This document shows positions 1 through 10,800 of a stretch of 64,000 nt of DNA, piece after piece (positions within the stretch are counted from its first letter, which is position 1; each line of letters begins with the position of its first letter). The notes under the pieces were generated by a model. It did not search any database. It saw nothing but the letters and a program-made list of their open reading frames with translations, and was not told where the DNA came from. Made by a program: the position numbers and the translations under genes. Origin of the DNA: Lingula anatina. Taxonomy: Eukaryota; Animalia; Brachiopoda. Location: NCBI GenBank assembly GCA_051362555.1, contig CM120641.1, positions 10,354,001 through 10,418,000 on the forward strand, written 5' to 3'.

Positions 1-259
1 CATTGTTATTGTCTGCTTTTTCAAATATTGGGATTTTCATTATGTGAATTTGAACTCTCATGGTCCAGAAACTGTAATCTTATTGCAGGGGTGAATTGAG
101 GCCGTCTTCTGGGTCTTTCAGATGACGGTCAGATTTTAAAGTTTACATTGACTGGTATCAATTTTTTTCTGTTGGAAGACCATCAAAAGTGGAGGATGGA
201 TCAACAAAGATACTTTGGAATACTGTCAGAAAATATCTCTGGATCTGCTCCTGTTATTG

Positions 260-430
260 ACCATGTTACCTGTTGTGCATGATTAAAAATCAGTGTTAAC
301 TGACTGTGTTATTATAAGCATTATTTATTATTGCATCAAAATTGACAAAATGACCTGTTTTGCATCTTTATTTTCTGTTTTTTGTCTGTACATTTGACAG
401 CTTTGCTGCCTTGTTCTATTCTACAACTCA
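260..430 (+). repeat. Old degenerate dispersed repeat, related to about 3120-3480
   Basis: Shared blocks tgttacctgttgtgcat and tttttgtctgtacatttgacagctttgctgccttgtt occur at both places. Confidence 0.6.
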
Positions 431-628
431 ACTTGAAGATTGAATGTAAAGGTGAAATGTAATATATTTTTCGTTGTTAGACAAAATATGACTGACTATA
501 CCGTATACGAAAAAAAATCATCTGAATCAAAAGATTAGACAACATCATAAAATTATTTGTCAAACATATATATATATATATACAAACACCGCCTTGTAGT
601 TAAATGGCGATTGTTCTATTTCCTCCAG

Positions 629-1304
<676 letters not shown>

Positions 1305-1728
1305 CGTAAATTATAAGGGTGAGTGAACATTTAAATAAAATTTGTTTTACCGTCATTTTGAAAGAATCTTTCTTTGTGTGGGTGGGTGTTTGTTTTACTT
1401 AAAACAATCAAATATTCAATCAGTACACCAGAAGTATCAATATATATTATTTTAAGATTTTTTAAAACTGCATCAGATATATATACTCTACCTCTATAAA
1501 GATCAGATATTCTAATTTTTAAATAACAATAAGTCACAATTGCACTTGATTTCTTTTTGAAGATAGATTATTAAAATTTTATGGAAGTGTTTTATTTGAA
1601 GCAATTAGATATTCAAGGAATGGATTTGTGAATTTTAAATTGAGATGAAAGAGAGAAGGACATTCTTGGACAACACTTGTCTCCATTATTAATATGAGAA
1701 ATGTTTATTGTTGCTTTATTTTTTACAG

Positions 1729-2100
1729 GTGAATGGACTGCTTAAAGTGGAGGTGTCCCTTTCATCTGGATTGTGCATGCAGTTGAAGCATGAAAACATT
1801 GGAAGCTCAGTTTAAGCGATTGCAAGTCTTTGCTGAGAGTAGCAAAACATGTCAGCCATTTTGGTATATTTGTTGATCAATTACAACATTGGAGTGAAAT
1901 TGTTAGCACATTTCTGGGTGTCACAAAAGTAGGAGATTTTTCTAACGCTGATATCTACACTTGGTTCTAATAAACTGAGATCAGTAACTAATAGACATTA
2001 AGCCATGAGGTGTCTGCTTCTCAGGCATTTGTTGCACAGATTTTTTTCTTTAATTTCCTTTGGTTCCATTTCATATATATATAAAAACATGCAAAATAAA
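1729..2100 (+). other. NDUFAB1: Probable non-coding last exon (3' UTR) of NDUFAB1
   Basis: Donor AGG|GTGAGT at 1319 lies 14 nt after the stop; acceptor ttttttacag ends at 1728; AATAAA at 1969-1974 and 2095-2100. Confidence 0.6.
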
Positions 2101-2220
2101 CATTATTTCAAAAAAGATAACTAGTTTTGCTCTTGGCTAGTATATGAGTGATTTACCACTCTAATTTTTGCCCTACATTCTAAATTACAGTACTTAATTA
2201 TCACAAATTTCATTTAAGTT

Positions 2221-2661
2221 CATAGTCCTGTTCTTGAGTTCGATTATCACACATTTCACTTCAAGAGATAACAACTGTTCATTTTGGTCAAAAAATGGAT
2301 TTTCCTGGGGAAAAGGACAATTTTCCATACTAACCAATGGTAAATGAATTCATTCCCACATTCAAAGTTAGTCCCTGTTTTTTTTTTTTTTTTTTTTTTT
2401 TTTTTTGTTTTTTTGTTTTTTGTTTCTAACAAATTTGATTTTTTGGTAATATTCTCTTAAGAGATTATTACAGAGTGTAGCCAACTATGGAGGTCATGGG
2501 GTGTGATGGCAAGCACAAATTCCAAAATAATTGCAGTAACTGTTGGTGGTAAAATAGAATTTATTATATTTCTATCAGTTTTTTACAGTGTATTTATTGT
2601 GAAATATGGATATCTTATGAAGTTGTTATCCCTTCAAGGTCATAGTCCTGTTCTTGAGTTC
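2221..2661. mobile_element. Dispersed repeat (MITE-like), second copy at about 12121-12455
   Basis: Colinear with 12121-12455 (gataacaactgttc...aaagttagtccc-polyT...gagattattaca...tatttattgtgaaatatgga). Inverted motif gataacaact/agttgttatc near the ends. This copy is flanked by the 21-bp direct repeat catagtcctgttcttgagttc at 2221 and 2641. Confidence 0.7.
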
Positions 2662-4186
2662 AAAAATCTTCTTGATTGAGTCATTTTTTTATGTTTTCTT
2701 TTTTAATCAAATATTCATTTTTCACATATTGCCATTTTCAAGGTGTAACTTTCATGGGCCTAAGCACCTTTGGTAGTCACATTTTCTAAATATCAGTGCA
2801 TAATTTAAAATTGGTGGTGATTATGCTGTAACACATTATGTAATATTACATCAAAGTTGAAGAAATTGTTATTTAAGGCACTGTCACCATAATGGCCTTT
2901 TAAGGAAAATCATGTCACTCATGATTCTCAAACTTACTGAAAAGATTCATAGGACTGAAATGCAGCTTGAGTGGAAAACCAGGATGATTGCATTCTATTT
3001 TTCTGAAGCTGTGTAGTTCTTTGTTAAATTTTCATTTTCAACATATTGGTATTTTTAATGAGGGACTTAGATCTCCCTTGGGAATGAAGCCAAATAAATG
3101 TAATTACATTTTCTGAATATCCATGTTACGTATAGTAGATGATTAAAAATTGGTGGTGATAATGCTGTTTTTCATTATTTTGTAACTTGCAAGAACAATT
3201 CTTAGCATTGAAATACAACTCTAATTGGAAAGCCAGTCTGATTGGATTATTATTTTTTCTTGAATTATATTTTTATTCTCATCCTGGCATTTTCAAGACT
3301 ATGCTGGTTACATATTCCTAATATCTGTGTTACCTGTTGTGCATTTTCAAAATTTGGCGTTGATTTTTTTGTAAATTATTTTGTAAAACTGAATCGAAAT
3401 TGGCAAAATAACCTATTTTGTGCATCATTTTCTTTTTGTCTGTACATTTGACAGCTTTGCTGCCTTGTTTTATTATCAACAGTTGTATTTTATATGACAT
3501 ACAGCAATTACCTTATCTATTCTGTTCAGAACAGTATTACAAATTCTGATCATGTCTTGGTTCCTCTACATATATTGGATAGTTACTTTACGTAATTTCA
3601 AAAAGTGGATGTTGTAGATATGATGGACTGAATCACAATTATATTATGGCAGCTCCATTGCTCTAGAATCACGAGTCTTCTCTACCATAAATCACTAATA
3701 TCATTCATGTGACATGTTTGTTGCAAAAGGGATTATTTATTTTCTGTCAAAGGTATGACAACACCAAACCTTTATGTGCCAAACTTGAGTTTCAAAAGAT
3801 GTCAAAATGCTTCCCCAGGTTTTACATTTAGCATTGCATCTTTATTTATTTATTATAATTTTTTTTAATTTATTTATTTTATTATTTTATTTATTTATTT
3901 TTGTGTGTGTATGTTTGTGTCAACATAGGTTTAAAATGTAGATGAGAAAAAAATGGGAAGTGTAAGTCTATGATTACTGTAGGGACAATCTTAAAACTTC
4001 AAAGGGTCTCCACAAATTTAAGTTCACTAAAACAGCCTCACCACATGAACCGTATATAAACTGATGAAAGTGTGAAATCAACAACTAAAACCTGAGTTGT
4101 CTCCTTTGATTTAAAAATTTCAGAGTTTTATTTTCAGTTATATATGGTTGTCACCTTAATCTGCTGAGGAATATAAAAAACAATTT

Positions 4187-5967
4187 AAACTAGACTGCAA
4201 CTGGCTGAAGCCAGTGGCGGAGGATTCCCCTGCAAAATAGGTGTGGAAATGCTCTTACAAGGTCATGTGAAGGTCATGGGTTAAATTTAGCCCCATATTC
4301 TGAAAGAGCATGTGCGAATTGGGGGGGGGGGGCAACAAAACATCACTTTTAGCCCACTTCAATATTTCTCCATGAAATAGCCAAATGACCTTGAAAATGA
4401 GGGTCAAGGTCAAATTTGACATTTGATTTGGGGGTTTTGGGTATATGTTTGGGGTAGTTTATTATAGCATGCTATGACCAAAAACCAGTCTTTCATGGAG
4501 AAATTGCCAAAGTCACGATTTCTGCGATGTCATAAATATTTAAAAATCGATATTAAAAAAAGTAATTAGGCAATCGCTACCAAAGTACGGCTAACCTTAG
4601 ATAAATATATAGGGCATCATTTGCCACTATGATTAGGGCTCTCGGCCTTCCAGTTTTTGAGATCTCGGAAACAAACCTTTTTTGAGCCCGTTTGGCCATT
4701 AGCGACCTTGACCTTGACCTACTTGCATAAAAGTAGGTCATTATCTGTGGATTTGTCTCAGTATCATTGACCATAAGGCCCTTAGCCATATGGCTTATAC
4801 TTTAGGCCTAATGGCAATTTCAAATTTCATAAAATTTGCCTTTTAAAGCCCCTGTGACCTTGAAAAGTAGGTCAAGGTCACTGAAACTGGGTCTGTGGCA
4901 TATTCTTGCCATGGGCTACCTATGATAATTATTTCAGATTTTTTGCGAAAATAAACGCGCGGAAAGAATAATAATAATAAAAACTAGACTGCAACTGGCT
5001 AAAGCCAGTGGCGGAGGATTCCCCTGCAAAATAGGTGTGGAAATGCTCTTACAAGGTTATGTGAAGGTCATGGGTTTAATTTGACCCCATATTCTGAAAG
5101 AGCATGTGCGAATTGGGGGGGGGGGGGGGGTCAACAAAACATCACTTTTAGCCCACTTCAATATTTCTCCATGAAATAGCCGAATGACCTTGAAAATGAG
5201 GGTCAAGGTCAAATTTGACATTTGATTTAGGGGTTTTGGGTATATGTTTGGGGTAGTTTATTATAGCATGCTATGACCAAAAACCAGTGTTTCATGGAGA
5301 AATTGCCAAACTCAAGATTTCTGCGATGTCATAAATATTTAAAAATCTATATTAAAAAATGTAATTAGGCAGTCGCTACCAAAGTATGGCTAACCTTAGA
5401 TAAATATATAGGGCATCATTTGCCACTATGTTCGGGGCTCTGGGCCTTCCAGTTTTTGAGATCTCGGAAACAAACCTTTTTTGAGCCCGTTTGGCCATTA
5501 GGGACCTTGACCTTGACCTACTTGCATAAAAGTAGGTCATTATCTGTGGATTTGGCTCAGTATCATTGGCCATAAGGCCTTTGGCCATATGGCTTATACT
5601 TTAGGCCTAATGGCAATTTCAAATTTTACAAAATATGCCTTTAAAAGCTCCTGTGACCTTGAAAAGTAGGTCAAGGTCACTAAAACTGGGTCTATAGCAT
5701 ATTCTTACCATAGGCTACCTATGTTAATTATTTCAGATTTTTTGCGAAAAAAAACGCGCGGAAAGAATAATAATAACTATAATACTACCAAAAACAATAG
5801 TATTCCCCTATGGGGAATCCTAACTATAATACTACCAAAAACAATAGTATTCCCCTATGGGGAATCCTAATAATAATAATACCAAAAACAATAGTATTCC
5901 CCTATGGGAAATCCTAATAACTATAATACTACCAAAAACAATAGTATTCCCCTATGGGGAATCCTAA
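4187..5967 (-). mobile_element. Two near-identical ~795-bp Helentron-associated non-autonomous elements (HINE, DINE-1-like), nested or tandem, with four tandem 5' heads
   Basis: Bodies begin at 4187 and 4981 (aaactagactgcaactggct). Read on the minus strand: 5' subTIR AGGATTCCCC with short palindrome, (TTA)n microsatellite, core rich in TGACCTTGA/TCAAGGTCA, 3' subTIR GGGGAATCCT, stem-loop ACTGGCT-TC-AGCCAGT and terminal CTAG-TTT. Confidence 0.8.
5777..5967. repeat. Tandem array of four ~47-bp units containing the palindrome attcccc-tat-ggggaat
   Basis: Unit ctataatactaccaaaaacaatagtattcccctatggggaatcctaa at 5777, 5824, ~5871 and 5921. Confidence 0.95.
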
Positions 5968-6445
5968 TAATATTTACAGAGCACACTTGAAAGACAAGTT
6001 TCAAAAATGAAATAAGGTAAGTACTTTTATATGAAATATGATAAAACCTATGAAATACAGTAAACAGATCCACGTGTACTTGTATAATATGTAGCTTTCT
6101 CTTGTGTGAAAGAAACCATATAAGTAATGCTGATGTAGAGTCAGCGCAAAGAACAACAGAAAATTTTTGAGGCCCAATGGCGTGCAACCTTCAGACTTCC
6201 ATGGAGCTATCAAAATTGGGTCTGAAACAAATACTGTTAAATGAACACCGAGATGTTTTAACGGAAGACAATGTCACCAATCCTTTCTCATTTTAGTCAT
6301 TAAAGCCTTTCTGCAAGGAATGTGGTGGGCAAAAATATAGTCCTGAATTCTTAACACAAAGTTAATTCAACTAAAGATTAAACACTTCATAATAAGTAAA
6401 AATGATCCATTGATGGTTGTTTTTGGTTGATTTGTGTTTGTAGCT

Positions 6446-7428
6446 TCATTTCATTTTTTCTCCCTTGGATACAAACTTTCCTGTGACAGCATCTCTCTGC
6501 ACTGCCTTCCATGAGTAAACACAGCCATTCATTGCAATGTATACCCCTTGTCCATTTAAACACTGTAGAGCACCTATGGCAACTCCAACATTGAACTCTG
6601 CGTCTGAGTCTTTGAAAGTATCTGGCTTGAAAGAACCTGTGATGACGATGACTTTATGGCTTAAGTCTTCCTTCCTAGCCAAATATTCTGCAGTCTCTAT
6701 CATGGTATCAGTGCCATGGGTGATAAGGATCTTGCTTTGTGGTGCTTCTCTGCAGGCAAGAAATATGTTGCTCCTTAAAGAAAGAAAAGAAATGAAATTA
6801 CAGTTTATCTGTTAATGAAAACATCATTGACCTCATATGCATAGCAATCACTGGGATTTTGTTATTGTTTTAGACTTATTTTAACTGCCCTCCATCTCAT
6901 TATGAACAGACCTTTTGTTACCATTAAATATCTTAGTCATAAATGCACACCTGTTTTGACTATCATTAAAATGCAAACAGTTTCAAGTTGTGCATTGATT
7001 ACAAAATTGAAACTTTTAACAAAATCAAGGATCTGTTGTGTATGAACCTGTCCTCATCTGTTATGTCTTGGCTATCTTTGCGACAGACAGTTTGATATGT
7101 AATTTGGAAGTTTGTCTGTATTTTGTTGAACATTCTTTCCACTGCTGGCTCACATATCTCAAATGCATATCCCCTTAAAGTCCTAGGGTAGTCCTTGTCT
7201 ATTGTGCCTGAGAATAAAAAATCAAGTGTTGGTTCTATTCAAAAGATGGTAATTTTGGTCATAAAAATAAACACTTAAACATATATTAAAAAGAGTTATT
7301 TATTTATTTAGTTATTTTCATTTTTCTCGGTTTCAATATGAATTTTAAAAAACTTTATATGTTTGGCTCTGTGACGTAGCAAAATATATATAAAAGGGCC
7401 CCCTTGTAATACAACTCTAGATAGCTCG

Positions 7429-7466
<38 letters not shown>

Positions 7467-7538
7467 CGTGCACACATAGTTGCTGCAAATCTGTTTATGT
7501 ACTGCACCTCCAGTTTGAATAGCTAGTATAGTTGACAT
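6446..7538 (-). CDS. Short-chain L-asparaginase (N-terminal asparaginase domain only, RrA-like), 172 aa; exons 7538-7508, 7207-7048, 6773-6446
   Basis: Spliced protein MSTILAIQTGGTIDKDYPRTLRGYAFEICEPAVERMFNKIQTNFQITYQTVCRKDSQDITDEDRSNIFLACREAPQSKILITHGTDTMIETAEYLARKEDLSHKVIVITGSFKPDTFKDSDAEFNVGVAIGALQCLNGQGVYIAMNGCVYSWKAVQRDAVTGKFVSKGEKMK*. Class 1 asparaginase motifs TGGTI, KDS, HGTDTM, TGS and SDA-FN are present. Exons of 31+160+328 = 519 nt form an uninterrupted frame. Confidence 0.92.
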
Positions 7539-7812
7539 TTTTTTGTTTTTTTATTATTTCTTCTGATTACAACCGTACATGTATGCGAGAGCAGCCGCTG
7601 CACTACTTGACACGCCCACTTTTGTGGCTGGCGCCGCAGAATACAGTATTGGGGAATTTACTCACGAGTATAGCGCTTTGGCGTGATGTGAACATTATAT
7701 ATAAATTTTAAAAATCCATATTATTTTATATTTGGTTGATTCAACGAGAAAGTCTCATCCAACCTTGCCATTATTTTCAGATTTCATTTTTATTTCTGCG
7801 GGCTGAAACAAA
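7539..7812. promoter_or_regulatory. Putative bidirectional promoter between the asparaginase (-) and TMX1 (+)
   Basis: The two start codons diverge about 275 bp apart. The gap is locally CpG-rich, has a KLF/Sp-like CACGCCCAC at 7611-7619, and a YY1-like AAAATGGCG overlaps the TMX1 ATG. Confidence 0.7.
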
Positions 7813-10800
7813 ATGGCGACCTCCATTCGTCGGCGAGAAACCGAGATGTTCCTTGTCGTTTTAATCATTTTAGGAATTATCCCAGTCCACAGTGGGACGA
7901 AGACCATTGAGCTTCAAGAAGATAATTGGAGCGACATGTTAGCGGGAGAGTGGATGGTTGAATTGTATGTAAAAGAAACCTACATCTAACAATTTATGTA
8001 CCAATATGATTCCACTGACAGTACTTCGTAAATGAAACTGATGGTTGTATATAGGTAACTGGTTAGACATTGATACATATATTGGGGTTAGTACTTTTAC
8101 ATAAATTATAGTACAGCACAGTCACAGGTAATATTTTACACGGACACCAGAAATAACTTAGTCTATCAGACCATTCACATTAGAAAGTTAACCGCAGTCT
8201 AGTTAACTCCGATTGAATCGCGGTCAACTAAACTGAGATTATTTGCATTCACACTGATACCGGTGTCACGTGAAGAAACCGTCGTCGTGAATAAACCGTT
8301 CTGGCGGATTATTCACGCGGGGGTAGCAGTCAATTGACTTACAGTACGTAGCTGCACATGCATTTCCAACATTTCCCCGTAGAGAAAGTTGTAGTATTAT
8401 CAAATACATGATTTCTTTTTAATGAAAATGACTGAACTCTGAATTGAAAGAACATTGTAGAATGAAAAGATTTATACTACGAGTCTTAGATCTGCCATGT
8501 TTTTTACACAGAGCAAAACAGTTCAGTCACGATCAAAAGCTCACTTCCAACATTCCCCCGTATACTGTAGTAATAAGATTATCAAATATATACTCTCTCA
8601 TGACGAAAACCACTGAATTATGAATTGGAAAATCATAGTTCAGTGCAAACATAGCGCCTACTTAGGACGACATCGTCATACCGGAAGTTACTTCTTTCAA
8701 TCTACCCTCAATGCGCATGTGCAGAACGGTTTCGTCACGGCACGGGTCTATCACGCCACACCGGCAGGGATCAGTAGTGATAGAATTTCAGCAATTGTAC
8801 TTCCTGTTCAGCATGCGCTCTATTGTTCGAATAAGTAAAAATCCGACCCTTTGTATTTACTAGTATATTATTCTATTTCAGATATATGAGTTTACCGCAT
8901 AATGGTGACAAAAGATAAGATACTAATTCTACATGTAGGCACGGCAATACCAATAACCTAAAGCCTATTTTGCAACAGACCATTTTATTCTTGGCACTTC
9001 CTGCTAATTTACGTTGTACCTCACTCTCTGACCATATGGCGAGGAGGCCCTTGACGGCATCCTCAGACCATGATACTCTTTTGCTGCTACTCATACTCAG
9101 AGTACTCAAATAGTTACGAGGATTTCGAAATCAGTTGAATAATTGCCCACTTGTGCACATGCGTTCAATTTTTAAACATCCGGTCTTGACTGCGATTCGG
9201 AGTCAACTCCGATTTAACCCAGCTCCCAGTCTGGGTTTATTTCGACCACGGTCAGGGGTACGTTGTCCGTTCACATTAGAAAAATTAACCGCGATAGGAC
9301 CAAGGTCAGGCCTTGACCGTGGTAGAAAGTGCTAGTGTGAATGGCATAAATATGATATTGATAAATATATCTAAGCTAATACAAATGGTTTATTAGCCTT
9401 TATCAACTGAGCATGGCGTCGTTATGTCCCTGTTTTAGAACTCTTAGACCCCATACAGATGCCATCCGTCTGCTTGATTGGACCAACTCTTCAGGGACTC
9501 TCGCTAAGTGCAATCAGCTGTAAGACAAGTTGCCTTTTGGTTCCCATGTACTGGTGTAATACCAGATAACATGCTACCAGTGGGCCACCGGTGGCTATAA
9601 ACGGCAAACAGCTATCGATGGCCCACTGGCGTACCGCTGGTGGTTAGCTGGTGGTAGATTGCGGTTTATAGCTGCCGGTGCTGCCCACTGGTTGGCCACT
9701 GGTAATGTTGCTGGTGGTCCACTGGTGGCCCATCCGCAATTTTCTGATCGTAATTGTTAAAGGTAGATTTTTTCAAATACATGTACGCGTATTATAATTA
9801 CGTTGCCTTTCCATTACGGCGGATGTGTTTTTCAACCTTTGTTCACTTGTTTCAGAGTGCGCAATATCCTAGCATTTTATTGGCCTATAAAAGTCACGTG
9901 ACATACTGCATGCGATAACTGCTTTTCTGTATTCTGCTTATTCTTCCAAGAGGAAGCATATCATTCAATTTAGCTGTTTGCAATCAGTGAGAGTCTCAAC
10001 AGAATTGGATCCATCCACGTGGACCAATGGTGTCTCTGGGAATGGGTCTTACATGTTACGTATATAATTGTATAATCCAATCATACTTGACCAAGACAAA
10101 CTTTTCCCTGAGACAAGATGTAGGGTTTAGACGAAAGCATTTGTTGTTATGGGTATCATGTTACTGTGTTGCTTCAGTCTCAACTCCACTTTAAAGATGC
10201 ATACAAAGTCAATCTTTTGTCACAAAAACCAACCAAATGCCAGCATATAGTTTCAAGTAGTATAACTAAGAGAATTACCAAAAGGCATTGTTTAATTTTA
10301 CCCGAAAGTGATGTTTGAACAGATTTTTCTGCTAGCATTCTATGCTGTATGTCAATGGGGCAGGAAAGTATGTCACGAAAGTAGGTTAAATTTACAACCA
10401 AAAATTTAAAGAAAGGAGCAGTCTAAAGGTATTTTATGGCTGATCGAGTGATCTTTTCAGTTTATCCCTTGGCATGTTGAATTTATTTGAGTCATATAAG
10501 AATCTAGTAGAAGTGGTTTACATGTGTTACTGGGAACCCACGTTCCACCGATGCTCGGTTCGTATGTACCTTTAAGTTTTTTCCAGTAGAAAGTTCAGAG
10601 CAAAGTGACACAGAAGAGAAATATTTTAAGCCACATCACTCTTGCCTCTACTTGAACTATTTAAATGCTTTAAATTGATCTGAGTAGCATGTAGGATTTT
10701 ATGGGCCATCGTAGCTTTTGATATAATAGCTAGTGAATTCAAGAATTTTTGCAAATCTATGGCCTACTAGTAACCACACCAATCCATGTTAAATAAGTGT

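Noticed and set aside
90-250. Possible exon after the tattgcag acceptor upstream of NDUFAB1
   Set aside because: No open frame that joins convincingly to the exon at 629.
4577-5588. Duplicated 70-aa ORFs (MAKGLM...)
   Set aside because: They are chance translations of the duplicated HINE core with no recognisable domain.
5777-5967. Palindromic direct repeats resembling a CRISPR array
   Set aside because: There are no unique spacers or cas genes and the context is eukaryotic; they are tandem HINE 5' ends.
6446-7538. Bacterial contamination as the source of the asparaginase
   Set aside because: The gene has two spliceosomal introns, host-like composition, and lies between two clearly metazoan genes.
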